A DNA stretch of 64,000 nt from an uncultured Candidatus Saccharibacteria bacterium (lineage in GTDB: Bacteria; Patescibacteriota; Doudnabacteria; UBA920): positions 68,969 to 132,968 of the forward strand of contig CAZHYL010000002.1 in assembly GCA_964536745.1 (NCBI GenBank). Reading direction: 5' to 3'. The position numbers and the translations under genes were made by a program. This document shows, one piece after another, positions 36,156 to 46,718 of the stretch. Every line of letters starts with the position of its first letter. The first letter of the stretch is position 1. The notes beneath the pieces are model-generated. The model made no database searches, had not been told where the DNA came from, and saw nothing but the letters and a program-made list of their open reading frames with translations.

Positions 36156-38684
36156 ATGCCTCAAAATAAACACAGACTAGATTCAAATGTAAAACCAATT
36201 AAATACGACATCACTATTACACCTAACCTAGGTGATTTTAGTTTTGTGGGTGAAGAAGTAATTCAGATTTTATTACAAAGATCTACTAAATCTATTACTC
36301 TTCACTCAGCTGATCTACAGATAGATTCTGCCGAGCTAATTGATAAAAAAAGTTCCCATAAACCTCTACGCATAAGTACAAATTCAAAAGCCGAAACAAT
36401 CAGTTTTCACTTCTCCAAGCAAATCAGTGGAACAGTAAAATTCAAGCTTAAGTTTACCGGAAGTATTAATGATCAACTCAGAGGGTTTTACCGCAGTAAA
36501 TATCACCATAACGGGAAAGAGAAACATATTGCTACAACTCAATTCGAAGCCACAGACGCGAGGCGAATGTTTCCATGTTTCGATGAACCTTCTCACAAAG
36601 CGATCTTTAAATTAAGTGTTGTAGTGCCTAAACACGTTCAAGTTATTTCTAATACAACAGAAGCATCTATTAGTTCTCATGAGCAGGGGATAAAAATTGT
36701 TAGATTTGAACCATCCCCAAAAATGTCGACTTACTTACTAGCTTTGATTATCGGTGAGTTCGAGCATCTAGCAGGAAAGAGTAAAAATGGTGTTAAAATT
36801 CGCGTTCATACTCCAAGAGGTAAAAAAACTCAGGCAAAATTTGCTTTAGATGTCACAAAAAAAGCTTTAGATTATCTAGAAAACTATTTTGGCATAAAAT
36901 ATCCGCTACCTGTCTTAGACCTGATTGCGATTCCAGATTTTTCTGCTGGCGCTATGGAAAACTGGGGTGCTATAACCTTTAAAGAAACGGCCTTGCTTAT
37001 AGATGACCAGAACAGCTCTTTTCTATCAAAACAGAGAGTTGCCGAGGTTGTGGCTCACGAATTAGTACACCAATGGTTTGGGAACCTCGTAACCATGGAG
37101 TGGTGGACTCATCTCTGGCTAAATGAAAGCTTTGCCACTTATATGGCTTATCAGACCGTGGATCACTTGTTCCCAGAATGGAATTTTTGGACAAAATTTA
37201 TATTGAATGAGCAATCTTACGCTTTACAAGCAGATAGTTTGCTTTCTACTCAACCTGTAGAGGTGGAAGTAAAACATCCTGATGAAATCAACGAACAATT
37301 TAATCCTGCGATAGTCTATGCCAAAGGGGCGAGCGTTTTAAGAATGCTGGCAAACTATATCGGTGAAGATAATTTTAGAAAGGGATTAGCTTTATACCTA
37401 CGCAAACACAGTTACAAAAATACATCATCCATCCATCTTTGGGATGCATTTGAACAAGTTTCAAAAATGCCTGTGAAGAAGTTTATGAAAGAGTGGACCA
37501 CTAACCGCGGTTTCCCAGTTTTATCTGCAACAATACAGGAAGGAACCTTAAAATTAACCCAAGAAAAATTTTCATTCTTAAAGAACAACCAGAAATACCT
37601 TTGGCATATTCCTTTGTTCGAAAAAGAAATTAGTTCAAGTATTACATTAACTTCAAAATCCAAACATCATAAAATATCTAACCATGAAGACTTTACCAAG
37701 CTTAATCTAGGTGAAAAAGGCTTCTATATAGTTAACTACAGTATTTCTATGCTTGCCAGATTATTGCCTTTATTAGAAGACAAAACACTGAGCAGTGCCG
37801 ATAGGTTGGCAATAATTCGAAACTGTTTGATGCTGGTTAAGTCTGGTAGATTAGGAAGTGAAATTTATATTGAACTTCTGAAATATGTTAAAAACGATAA
37901 TAGCTACATAGTCTGGTCAGAAGCAGACGATGGACTTCATCAACTGGCAATCGCTCTATCTGATGATAAGGTTGTAAACAAAATTACGAAATTGAAAGTC
38001 TCTCTCTTTGGTAACATCTTGAAACGACTTGGCTTTTCTCCAAAAACAAATGAACCAGAAAATGATTCCGTCCTTAGAGGATTAGCCTTCTTAGAAGCTG
38101 GTTTATCTGGCCAGAGACTTAGCATAAAAAAGGCAAAGGAATTGTTTAATAGGAGGCTGAAGGGTGGATCTATCCCTGCGGACTTAAGAACAGCTGTTTA
38201 TTCAATTGTATCGGCTAATGCAAGGCAACAAGATTTAAATAGACTAATTACATTGCATTCCAAAATTTCTGATGTTCATGAAAAGCAACAGCTTCTCTAT
38301 GCTTTAACACATCTTAAACATACTACTTTGCAAAAAGTTGCGATGAGATTCTTTTTGAGCGACGAGGTCAGAAATCAAGATAAGCCGTTCGTGCTTGCAC
38401 AAGCATTAGCAAATCCTAAGTACAAAAAAATTGCATGGGAAGCAATTCAAAAGAATTGGAATGAGCTAACGGTTCAATTTTCAGGTAGTAAACTCCTTGG
38501 AACAATTCTTAAAGGAGCGAAAAACTTTAATTCAAATGACGAGTTGAAGTCTTTTGACAGATTCATTAAGATTAACAAACCAAAAGGGGTAAAATTAACT
38601 CTGAAACAGGTTAGGGAGAGGATCCTAGTGAATATCCAATGGAGAAAAAGGGATGAAAAGCGGATTTTAAAATACCTACCTTAA
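36156..38684 (+). CDS. pepN: Aminopeptidase N (M1 family)
   Basis: 842 aa with the GAMEN motif (FSAGAMENWGA) and HELVHQWFGNLVTMEWW...E zinc site. Confidence 0.9.
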   Translation: MPQNKHRLDSNVKPIKYDITITPNLGDFSFVGEEVIQILLQRSTKSITLHSADLQIDSAELIDKKSSHKPLRISTNSKAETISFHFSKQISGTVKFKLKFTGSINDQLRGFYRSKYHHNGKEKHIATTQFEATDARRMFPCFDEPSHKAIFKLSVVVPKHVQVISNTTEASISSHEQGIKIVRFEPSPKMSTYLLALIIGEFEHLAGKSKNGVKIRVHTPRGKKTQAKFALDVTKKALDYLENYFGIKYPLPVLDLIAIPDFSAGAMENWGAITFKETALLIDDQNSSFLSKQRVAEVVAHELVHQWFGNLVTMEWWTHLWLNESFATYMAYQTVDHLFPEWNFWTKFILNEQSYALQADSLLSTQPVEVEVKHPDEINEQFNPAIVYAKGASVLRMLANYIGEDNFRKGLALYLRKHSYKNTSSIHLWDAFEQVSKMPVKKFMKEWTTNRGFPVLSATIQEGTLKLTQEKFSFLKNNQKYLWHIPLFEKEISSSITLTSKSKHHKISNHEDFTKLNLGEKGFYIVNYSISMLARLLPLLEDKTLSSADRLAIIRNCLMLVKSGRLGSEIYIELLKYVKNDNSYIVWSEADDGLHQLAIALSDDKVVNKITKLKVSLFGNILKRLGFSPKTNEPENDSVLRGLAFLEAGLSGQRLSIKKAKELFNRRLKGGSIPADLRTAVYSIVSANARQQDLNRLITLHSKISDVHEKQQLLYALTHLKHTTLQKVAMRFFLSDEVRNQDKPFVLAQALANPKYKKIAWEAIQKNWNELTVQFSGSKLLGTILKGAKNFNSNDELKSFDRFIKINKPKGVKLTLKQVRERILVNIQWRKRDEKRILKYLP

Positions 38685-38739
38685 CTTTGCAATATTCCTG
38701 GCTTTTCTATATAATTTTTAAAGAAATTAAAGTAACTTT

Positions 38740-40233
38740 ATGAAATCATTTATCAGACGTTTTGCTGTTTTTTTATTCGTAATTCTGATCGGGCTAGCCG
38801 CAGCCTGGATGGCTTTACCTCAAGGAAGCCGAATAAACCTCACCAAAACTGGTTTAAATTTCAATAAATCTTACCCAATTCAGCTGGGGTTGGATTTGCA
38901 AGGTGGTGCCCACTTAATTTACCAGGCAGACTTCAAGGATATTTCTGAAGGCGATAGGAAAGATGCTTTAACTAGTGTCAGAGACACTATAGAGCGCCGT
39001 GTAAATAGCTTTGGGGTATCTGAACCAGTTGTTCAGGTCCAAGGAAAGGATCAAGTTGTTGTTGAACTTCCTGGTATTACGAATATCGACGACGCTATCA
39101 AACAAATTGGACAAACTCCTTTACTAGAATTTAGAACACAAGGAGATCCAAATGCTAAACCACAACCAGTTATTGGACCTGATGGCAAGATTACCTTAGA
39201 TCCACTGTCAGGCTGGGACCCTACTGGTCTTTCTGGTAAACAACTTAAAAAGGCGACCGCAGACGTTCAAGGAACATCTGGTCTATCTTCTCAATTAGCT
39301 GTAGTCCTTAAATTCGATGACGAAGGAACCAAATTATTCGCAGACTTAACCAAGGCTAATATCAATAGACCAATCGCTATTGTACTAGATGGACAAATCA
39401 TTAGTGCTCCAACTGTTCAAAGTGAAATTACCAATGGGGAAGCTTATATAACTGGTAACTTTACCGCAGACGAAGCAAAACTCTTGGCAACCAGATTAAA
39501 TTCAGGTGCTTTACCAGTTCCGATCAATCTAGTCTCGCAACAAAATGTTGGTGCCAGTCTAGGACAAGAGTCAATCCAAAAATCTCTAATTGCGGGACTA
39601 ATTGGTCTTTTACTGGTAGCACTGTTTATGATTAGTTTTTACAGATACCCAGGACTGCTTGCAGTACTCGCACTTATTATTTATGTCCTAGTATCTATCA
39701 CGATCTTTAAAGTCGGTATTTCTGCTGTTGCTCTGGTACTTGTTGGGCTGTTCTTTATTCTTGGGATTGTTGTGAGTGGTTGGTTTGGGGTACTGGCATT
39801 AATTAGCTATATAGCCCTTATATTCTTGAATGGAGTACAACCAGTTACATTAACTCTAGCTGGTATCGCAGGATTTATTCTTTCGATTGGTATGGCGGTT
39901 GATGCTAACATTCTTATTTTCGAGAGAATGAAAGAAGAATTGCACAGTGGTAAGGACATCTCGAAGGCAGTTACAGATGGATTCGCAAGAGCCTGGTTAT
40001 CTATCCGTGACTCAAACGTTTCCAGCTTGATTACTACCAGCATTCTATATACTTTCGGAACCCCAGCGATTAAGGGATTCGCTATCACTCTGTCTATCGG
40101 TATTCTAATTTCAATGTTTAGTGCAATTACTGCGACTAAGACATTTTTAACACTTCTCACCACCAAGAGGATATCCAACATTCCTTGGTTATTCGGAGTT
40201 AAGTTCAAAAAGACTCAGACAGAAAATAATTAA
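38740..40233 (+). CDS. secD: Protein translocase subunit SecD
   Basis: 497 aa with a periplasmic domain and a C-terminal six-TM bundle. Confidence 0.9.
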   Translation: MKSFIRRFAVFLFVILIGLAAAWMALPQGSRINLTKTGLNFNKSYPIQLGLDLQGGAHLIYQADFKDISEGDRKDALTSVRDTIERRVNSFGVSEPVVQVQGKDQVVVELPGITNIDDAIKQIGQTPLLEFRTQGDPNAKPQPVIGPDGKITLDPLSGWDPTGLSGKQLKKATADVQGTSGLSSQLAVVLKFDDEGTKLFADLTKANINRPIAIVLDGQIISAPTVQSEITNGEAYITGNFTADEAKLLATRLNSGALPVPINLVSQQNVGASLGQESIQKSLIAGLIGLLLVALFMISFYRYPGLLAVLALIIYVLVSITIFKVGISAVALVLVGLFFILGIVVSGWFGVLALISYIALIFLNGVQPVTLTLAGIAGFILSIGMAVDANILIFERMKEELHSGKDISKAVTDGFARAWLSIRDSNVSSLITTSILYTFGTPAIKGFAITLSIGILISMFSAITATKTFLTLLTTKRISNIPWLFGVKFKKTQTENN

Positions 40234-40244
40234 GAATTGTAAAG

Positions 40245-41138
40245 ATGAAATTACTCAATTACTCACGCTTCTTTTTAGGCCTTTCAATTGCATTCTTTGT
40301 AATCGGCGGTTTAGCACTTGGAATTTTTGGACTGAACCTTGGTATCGATTTTAAAGGTGGAACAGTTACTGAAATTCAATTTAGCCAAAGTCCAGATGTT
40401 TCAAAAATTAGATCAATTTTAGAGCAACAAACCATCACAAATGGTTTAGTTCAGCCAACTAGCGACAATGGAGTTATTATAAAGACTCCGGTTCAAGACA
40501 AATCCGCTCACGACAAGCTAATGCAACAGATTAAATCGGATGTTGGAGAATTTCAAGAAAAGCGTTTTGAATCTATTGGTCCTGTAATAGGGGAGCAGCT
40601 CACCAGACAAGCGATTTACCAATTAGCCTTAGTCTCACTTGGTATTGTGCTTTACATCGCTTACGCTTTTAGAAAAGTTTCTAGACCGGTCAGTAGCTGG
40701 CAATTCGGTATTGCCGCTGTAATAGCACTACTTCATGACTTAGTTATCGTTCTTGGTATCTTTGCGATTCTCGGGCATTATTTTGATGTAGAAGTGGATA
40801 GCATGTTTGTTACCGCAATGCTTACTGTGCTTGGGTTTTCTGTTCACGACACCATCATTGTGTTTGATAGAATCAGAGAAAACCTTCGTGTCTATGCTGG
40901 TCAGAGTATGGAATTCGTTGTTAATCACAGTATCTCTCAAACTTTAGTTAGATCATTAAATACTAGTCTTACTGTACTCTTAGTATTACTATCTTTACTA
41001 CTTTTTGGTGGAGAAACAATCAGGTACTTCGTCTTAACTCTGTTTGTCGGTATAATTTTCGGAACTTATTCATCTATATTTGTAGCCAGTCCAATCTTAT
41101 CGATATGGCAGAATCGTCTAAAAAAATCTAGATCATAG
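40245..41138 (+). CDS. secF: Protein translocase subunit SecF
   Basis: 297 aa, adjacent to secD, with a conserved C-terminal TM bundle. Confidence 0.9.
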   Translation: MKLLNYSRFFLGLSIAFFVIGGLALGIFGLNLGIDFKGGTVTEIQFSQSPDVSKIRSILEQQTITNGLVQPTSDNGVIIKTPVQDKSAHDKLMQQIKSDVGEFQEKRFESIGPVIGEQLTRQAIYQLALVSLGIVLYIAYAFRKVSRPVSSWQFGIAAVIALLHDLVIVLGIFAILGHYFDVEVDSMFVTAMLTVLGFSVHDTIIVFDRIRENLRVYAGQSMEFVVNHSISQTLVRSLNTSLTVLLVLLSLLLFGGETIRYFVLTLFVGIIFGTYSSIFVASPILSIWQNRLKKSRS

Positions 41139-41140
41139 AA

Positions 41141-41176
41141 AAAACCCCTTAATTATAAGGGGTTTTATTTTATTTT
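41141..41176 (+). terminator. Rho-independent terminator after secF
   Basis: aacccctt-aatt-ataaggggtt followed by a long T-run. Confidence 0.6.
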
Positions 41177-41240
41177 ACTATATGGATTATTTGACCCGTT
41201 ACAATATATATGTTATAATTGTGAATATTAAAACACGTGT

Positions 41241-42332
41241 ATGGGAATACTCGATACAATCATTGACTCACATCAAAAAGAATCATTGCAGGAATTTGAA
41301 CTAAACCAAATCATTACAAAGATTCTTGAACCATTAAAAGAACGCGAGAAGACTATTTTGTCTAAGCGTTATGGTCTTAATGATGAGCAAATTCAAACTC
41401 TTAAAGTAGTAGGTGAGGAACAGGGGCTTACAAGAGAACGTGTTAGACAAATTGAAAAAGAATTATTGAAAAACCTTAAGCGTGGGGTAAATGAACTAGA
41501 AGATTTTATTGCCGCGAAAGATCTTTTGATTAACACTATCGCTGAACATGGTGGAATTATGTCAGAAGAGGCTCTAACTAATTATTTGGGTTATACCGAA
41601 CCAACAGACGTTCAAGCTCTTAAATTTTTATTAAAGCTTATCGCTGAACTAGAAGAACATTCAGCAGATGAACACATTAGACAATCTTGGACTAAGATTG
41701 GTTTTGATAAAGATTTCTTACATCAGTTCGTAGTTGTCACTAAAGATTTACTAAACAATCATGGAAAGCCTGTTCAACCAGAAGAATTATTGTCAAAGAT
41801 TGAAAAGACCGATTTTTATTCCGAAAATCAAGCTAAGCTAACTCCTAAGGTTATGCTTAACTACTTGCACACCGCAAATAATGTTAAGAAAAATCCATTT
41901 GGTGAGTTTGGTTTAGGACACTGGAATGAAATTAAACCAAAAGATGTAGGTGACAAAGCTTACTTAGTAATGAAGCACCACGGAAAACCAGAGCACTATT
42001 CTGTAATCACTGATATGATTAACGAGCACGGAATAGATAAGCGAAAGGCTTTTAAAGAAACTGTACACAATAAACTAATTAAAGATAAAAGATTTGTCTT
42101 GGTTGGAAGAGGTATTTACGCCCTTACAGAATGGGGATACCAACCCGGCGTTGTTTCAGATATCATTGTTGAAATTTTGAAAGAAAAAGCCGAGCCTATG
42201 ACTCGCGACGAAATTGTTGAAGAAGTCTTGAAGAGACGATTAGTAAAGAAAAATACTGTACTTGTGGGATTGTCTAATAAAAAATTGTTTAAGAAAGTTG
42301 GAAAAAATCTTTACGATTTAACAACCGCCTAA
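41241..42332 (+). CDS. DNA-binding protein: N-terminal sigma-70 region-4-like HTH followed by two HARE-HTH-like winged-helix segments
   Basis: 363 aa. EREKTILSKRYGLNDE...QGLTRERVRQIEKELLKNLKR resembles sigma region 4. RFVLVGRGIYALTEWGY and TVLVGLSNKKLF...NLYDL resemble HARE-HTH. Confidence 0.5.
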   Translation: MGILDTIIDSHQKESLQEFELNQIITKILEPLKEREKTILSKRYGLNDEQIQTLKVVGEEQGLTRERVRQIEKELLKNLKRGVNELEDFIAAKDLLINTIAEHGGIMSEEALTNYLGYTEPTDVQALKFLLKLIAELEEHSADEHIRQSWTKIGFDKDFLHQFVVVTKDLLNNHGKPVQPEELLSKIEKTDFYSENQAKLTPKVMLNYLHTANNVKKNPFGEFGLGHWNEIKPKDVGDKAYLVMKHHGKPEHYSVITDMINEHGIDKRKAFKETVHNKLIKDKRFVLVGRGIYALTEWGYQPGVVSDIIVEILKEKAEPMTRDEIVEEVLKRRLVKKNTVLVGLSNKKLFKKVGKNLYDLTTA

Positions 42333-42367
42333 ATTAAGATTAGTTTTAAAACCAAAACCAGTTAAAT

Positions 42368-43549
42368 ATGAACAACGGCCTACTCCCAGACATAACAAGC
42401 GTACTCAATATTATTTGGTTCCTATTCAGTCATGGTGGATGGGTCGTTTTTGTTTTACTTGTAATCTATATTTTGTATCAATTGTACCTTAATGAAATCC
42501 AAAGTCAGTATCTAAGCACAATTGAATGGACCTTATTGGAAATAAAACCACCTAAAGAGAATGCCACTAGTTTTTACAATGCCGAGCAAGTGTTTATTCA
42601 GTTACACCAATTATTTGATAATTTTAATTTTCAGGAAAAATACTTAGAAGGGAAGTTAGTATTTACTATTTCCTTCGAAATAATCAGCCTTGGTGGAAAG
42701 ATATCTTATCTTGTACGGGTTCCAACAAAGCAGAGAGATTTACTAGAAGCAGCGCTCTATGCAAACTACCCAAGTATAGAACTCACAGAAGTAAAAGATT
42801 ACTTAGATAATTTTAAATATGACCCAGAAAACAAAACTTATGATTTGTTTGGAGCAGAGTTTGTACTGGTAAAACCTCAAAGTTACCCAATTAGAACATG
42901 GCGCGAATTTGAAAGTTTACATGGTCCAGAAACCAGTGAAATTGTTGTAGATCCATTAACACCATTATTTGAAACATTCACCAAGATTAGTGATCAGGAG
43001 TTTTATGGCGTACAATTCATTTTGCAACCTGTTATGGATGATTCTTGGCACGACGAAGCAGAAGAAATTGTCGAAAAATTAAAAGGTGAAAAGGAGTTAA
43101 TCGCTTTAGATGATATAACTAAACAGCAAATTACCTCTATTAAAAATAAACTTGGTCGTCCAGGATATAAAACCAAGATTAGGCTCTTACATTTGGGAGT
43201 TAAGGAACATTTTAATAAGAATGCAAAGAAATTGGTCTTAAGTCCGTTTCGCATTTTCAGTTCTGCTAATTATAATGGTTTCAAGCCTGCATTTGGCCCT
43301 AAGAAAGATTATAAGATCTCACCATCACTAGAAGCTCCCTACCTAGATTGGTGGGTAAAAAGACGTAAACAGCAATTATTTGAGGGTTATAAAGCCAGAA
43401 CACAGTACATAGGTGAAAGTACTTACATTCTAAATACAGAAGAGCTCGCAACCTTGTTCCATTTCCCAATTACAAAGACCGCAGTTACACAACCTGTAGA
43501 AAGCCTAGATACCAAGAAGATTCAACCACCAGCTAATTTACCAATATGA
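42368..43549 (+). CDS. Single-pass membrane protein of unknown function, partner of the downstream coupling-type ATPase
   Basis: 393 aa with an N-terminal TM segment (IIWFLFSHGGWVVFVLLVIYILY). Its stop overlaps the start of the ATPase gene by 4 bp. Confidence 0.55.
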   Translation: MNNGLLPDITSVLNIIWFLFSHGGWVVFVLLVIYILYQLYLNEIQSQYLSTIEWTLLEIKPPKENATSFYNAEQVFIQLHQLFDNFNFQEKYLEGKLVFTISFEIISLGGKISYLVRVPTKQRDLLEAALYANYPSIELTEVKDYLDNFKYDPENKTYDLFGAEFVLVKPQSYPIRTWREFESLHGPETSEIVVDPLTPLFETFTKISDQEFYGVQFILQPVMDDSWHDEAEEIVEKLKGEKELIALDDITKQQITSIKNKLGRPGYKTKIRLLHLGVKEHFNKNAKKLVLSPFRIFSSANYNGFKPAFGPKKDYKISPSLEAPYLDWWVKRRKQQLFEGYKARTQYIGESTYILNTEELATLFHFPITKTAVTQPVESLDTKKIQPPANLPI

Positions 43550-45300
43550 GTTCACAACCAGATCAAATAAATTTTTTCGCTAAAACTAACTTTCGTAACA
43601 AGCAAGTGCCTTTTGGTATAAAAACCGATGATAGGCGCAGGCACATGTATGTAATCGGAAAGACAGGGATGGGAAAGACAACCATGATGGAGAACATGGT
43701 TATTCAAGATATCCGAAATGGCAATGGAGTTTGCTTTATCGACCCGCATGGTGATTCCATCCGAAAAATCCTAGATTTCGTACCACCAAACAGAATTAAT
43801 GACGTGGTATATTTTGATCCATCCGATTTAGATCACCCAATTGCATTTAACATTTTAGAGTCAGTTGAAAGTAGATATAAACATTTGGTAGCTTCAGGCT
43901 TAATGGGTGTGTTCACAAAAATCTGGGCCAGCATGTGGTCTAGTCGTATGGAATACATCTTAAATAACACCATTCTTGCTTTACTAGATAGCCCAGGAAA
44001 CACAATGCTTGGTATAGTCCGTATGTATGTAGATAAAAAGTACCGTAAGAAAATTGTCGACAACATCAAAGATCCTATGGTAAAAGCTTTTTGGGTAGAA
44101 GAATTCGCAAACTACGCAGAAAAATATCGAACAGAAGCTGTGGCACCAATTCAAAATAAAGTTGGGCAGTTCTTATCTTCCGCAGTAATCAGAAATATCG
44201 TTGGTCAGCCAAAATCCACGATTGACCTGCGGGAGATCATGGATAACCGCAAAATCTTACTACTAGACCTTTCTAAAGGAAAAGTAGGTGAGGATAATTC
44301 AGCTTTGCTTGGTGCAATGATCATCACCAAACTTCAGTTAGCAGCACTCTCACGTGTCGATATTCCTGAATCAGAAAGACAAGACTTTTATCTTTACGTG
44401 GACGAATTTCAAAACTTCGTCACAGATAGTTTTGCAACAATTCTATCCGAAGCTAGAAAGTACCGTTTAAATTTAACTATCGGACATCAGTACATTGGAC
44501 AATTAACCCCAGACAACAATACAAAAGTAAGGGATGCTGTGTTTGGAAACGTTGGCTCAATGGTAGTGTTTAGAGTAGGTGCAGCAGATGCAGAGTACTT
44601 GGAAACTGAATTTGAGCCTTCTTTCACCCCAACTGATATCGTGAATCTTCCTAAATTCCACATCATTCTGAAACTCATGATTAATGGAATGACTAGCGAC
44701 CCTTTTACAGCTGTCACAATCCCAGTTGATGAAAACTGGATAGTTGGTAATGGTGAAAAGGTAATAAAGGTTTCAAGGGAACGATATGCAAACCCAAGAG
44801 AACAAGTTGAAGAGAAGATTCAACGTTGGATGGGAACGGAATTCCATGAAGCTTCTGCGGAATCTCATAGTAGTGAACAGGGAGAACAATCTTTAGCAAG
44901 AGTAAAATCTCCTAAAGTAGAATCTACCAAGCCAGAACAGTCCGAAGAGAATGAAGTAAAAATACCAGTTGAACAAAATGACAGCCCTATGCCTAAGCCT
45001 AGTATTCAGATTTCTTCTGATTACTTAGAAAGGGTAAAAACACCGAAACAGAACGCGCAAAAGTTTACGAAGCCGAACCAAAAATCATTCTCTAAAAATA
45101 AGAACCAAAAGCCTGCTTCAAAAAATAATAAGCCAGATGTTTGGAAAACTGCTCAGAATTTACAACAAGATAATCAAAAGAAGGTCGCAGAGGATATTTC
45201 TTCGGCAATTGAGTCCGCCTTCACTAAACAGGCAGAGCCACAGTCGGCCAAGCCTAATGATTCTAGTTCAATAGAGCCTGGTCAAACTTATCAACTCTAA
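43546..45300 (+). CDS. VirD4/TraD/TrwB-like type IV coupling-protein-family ATPase with a disordered C-terminal tail
   Basis: 584 aa. Walker A VIGKTGMGKTT, then FIDPHGD about 20 aa downstream, Walker B LYVDEFQNF. The roughly 150-aa C-terminus is rich in K, Q, N, P and S. Confidence 0.65.
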   Translation: MSSQPDQINFFAKTNFRNKQVPFGIKTDDRRRHMYVIGKTGMGKTTMMENMVIQDIRNGNGVCFIDPHGDSIRKILDFVPPNRINDVVYFDPSDLDHPIAFNILESVESRYKHLVASGLMGVFTKIWASMWSSRMEYILNNTILALLDSPGNTMLGIVRMYVDKKYRKKIVDNIKDPMVKAFWVEEFANYAEKYRTEAVAPIQNKVGQFLSSAVIRNIVGQPKSTIDLREIMDNRKILLLDLSKGKVGEDNSALLGAMIITKLQLAALSRVDIPESERQDFYLYVDEFQNFVTDSFATILSEARKYRLNLTIGHQYIGQLTPDNNTKVRDAVFGNVGSMVVFRVGAADAEYLETEFEPSFTPTDIVNLPKFHIILKLMINGMTSDPFTAVTIPVDENWIVGNGEKVIKVSRERYANPREQVEEKIQRWMGTEFHEASAESHSSEQGEQSLARVKSPKVESTKPEQSEENEVKIPVEQNDSPMPKPSIQISSDYLERVKTPKQNAQKFTKPNQKSFSKNKNQKPASKNNKPDVWKTAQNLQQDNQKKVAEDISSAIESAFTKQAEPQSAKPNDSSSIEPGQTYQL

Positions 45301-45303
45301 AAT

Positions 45304-45338
45304 AAAAAACCCGAAGATTAGTTTCGGGTTTTTTATTT
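45304..45338. terminator. Bidirectional terminator shared by the ATPase gene (+) and trxA (-)
   Basis: aacccgaa-gattagt-ttcgggtt flanked by an A-run and a T-run. Confidence 0.6.
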
Positions 45339-45657
45339 ATATGTGCTTTTGGAGTTCAGCAACAATTGTTGTTTTAGGTGCCGCACCAATAATCTCTCCG
45401 ACTGCTTCACCTGCTTTAAAAAACTTCATTGTTGGAATACTCATAATGTTAAACTTTTGAGTTAACTCTGGTTCTGCGTCAACATCGACTTTTGCAACTT
45501 TTAATTTTCCCTCATACTCAACTGCTAATTCGCTAACAATTGGACCAAGAACCTTGCATGGGCCACACCATTCAGCCCAAAAATCTACTAATACTGGTAC
45601 ATTTGAATTGATTACTTCAGACTCAAAATTATCCTTAGTTACTTTTACTTCGCTCAT
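45337..45657 (-). CDS. trxA: Thioredoxin
   Basis: 106 aa with WAEWCGPCK. Confidence 0.9.
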   Translation of the reverse strand: MSEVKVTKDNFESEVINSNVPVLVDFWAEWCGPCKVLGPIVSELAVEYEGKLKVAKVDVDAEPELTQKFNIMSIPTMKFFKAGEAVGEIIGAAPKTTIVAELQKHI

Positions 45658-45760
45658 AAATATTAAATAAATTAATTGATTCGTCTCAATATTTTACCAG
45701 AGTCACTGCCTTTGGGTCAACCGATTTGCAATTACTCCCAGTTAAAATTATAGTTATCAT

Positions 45761-46672
45761 ATGATTATTTTTGTAAGAATACTTGGGCCATTTGTCGTTA
45801 GTTTTATAACAATAGTTGTGTATATTGCGGGTTTCGCTAATCCTGTCTTTGCTCCTGTGAAATCGGTGAAAATTTTAGGTGCAAACTCCTGGGAAAATAG
45901 TCAGATTCAGGAAATGCAAAGTTATACTTTAGATGACCAAATCAACCCGCCCGACATCAAAAGCACCAGCTACTTAGTTAAGAATCTAACTACAGATCAA
46001 ATCTTGTACAAAAAATATAGCCATAACCCATTACCAATCGCCAGTCTAACAAAATTAATGACAGCTTGGGTGGTATTAAAACACGGATCCCTCGATGACA
46101 CCTATACGATTACCAATTCTGATACAGAAAATATTAGTCCGGTTTTAGGTTTACGAATTGGTGACACTATAAAAGTTAATGATCTTGTCCACGCTTTACT
46201 TATAGGATCTGCAAATGATTCTGCTATGGCATTGGGAGGATACATTAAATCAAAGACGGGAAAAGATATCTCAACCCTAATGAATGCTGAAGCAAAAAAT
46301 CTTGGGCTTAGTGATTCTAGATACCAAAATCCGATTGGGTTCGATAGTGATAATAACTACTCCTCAGCAGAGGATGTTGCTTTGCTTGTTAAAAAGCTCA
46401 AAGAAACTGGAATTTTTGTTACTACACAGAGAGCAAATTCGTATAGTTTTAAGAGCGCTGAAGGAAAACCATACGAAATTAGTGCTACGAATAAACTAAT
46501 CGCAAAGTATAACGACCTAAATGCGGTAAAAACTGGGTTCACAAACCTAGCCCTAGGAAGTATGGTTACTACTTTAACGCTAAATGACGAAGAATATTTG
46601 ATAGTAGTAATAGGGAGCTCAGACAGAGAAGGGGATACATTACTTTTCAGAAAACTAATTTTGGAAAAGTAG
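45761..46672 (+). CDS. D-alanyl-D-alanine carboxypeptidase (peptidase S11, low-molecular-weight PBP)
   Basis: 303 aa: SxxK (ASLTKLMT), SxN (SAND) and KTG (VKTGFT) motifs, with an N-terminal TM anchor. Confidence 0.8.
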   Translation: MIIFVRILGPFVVSFITIVVYIAGFANPVFAPVKSVKILGANSWENSQIQEMQSYTLDDQINPPDIKSTSYLVKNLTTDQILYKKYSHNPLPIASLTKLMTAWVVLKHGSLDDTYTITNSDTENISPVLGLRIGDTIKVNDLVHALLIGSANDSAMALGGYIKSKTGKDISTLMNAEAKNLGLSDSRYQNPIGFDSDNNYSSAEDVALLVKKLKETGIFVTTQRANSYSFKSAEGKPYEISATNKLIAKYNDLNAVKTGFTNLALGSMVTTLTLNDEEYLIVVIGSSDREGDTLLFRKLILEK

Positions 46673-46718
46673 CAAACTTTTAGGAGTTTGACCCTCAAAT
46701 GTGGTATAATTAATATCG

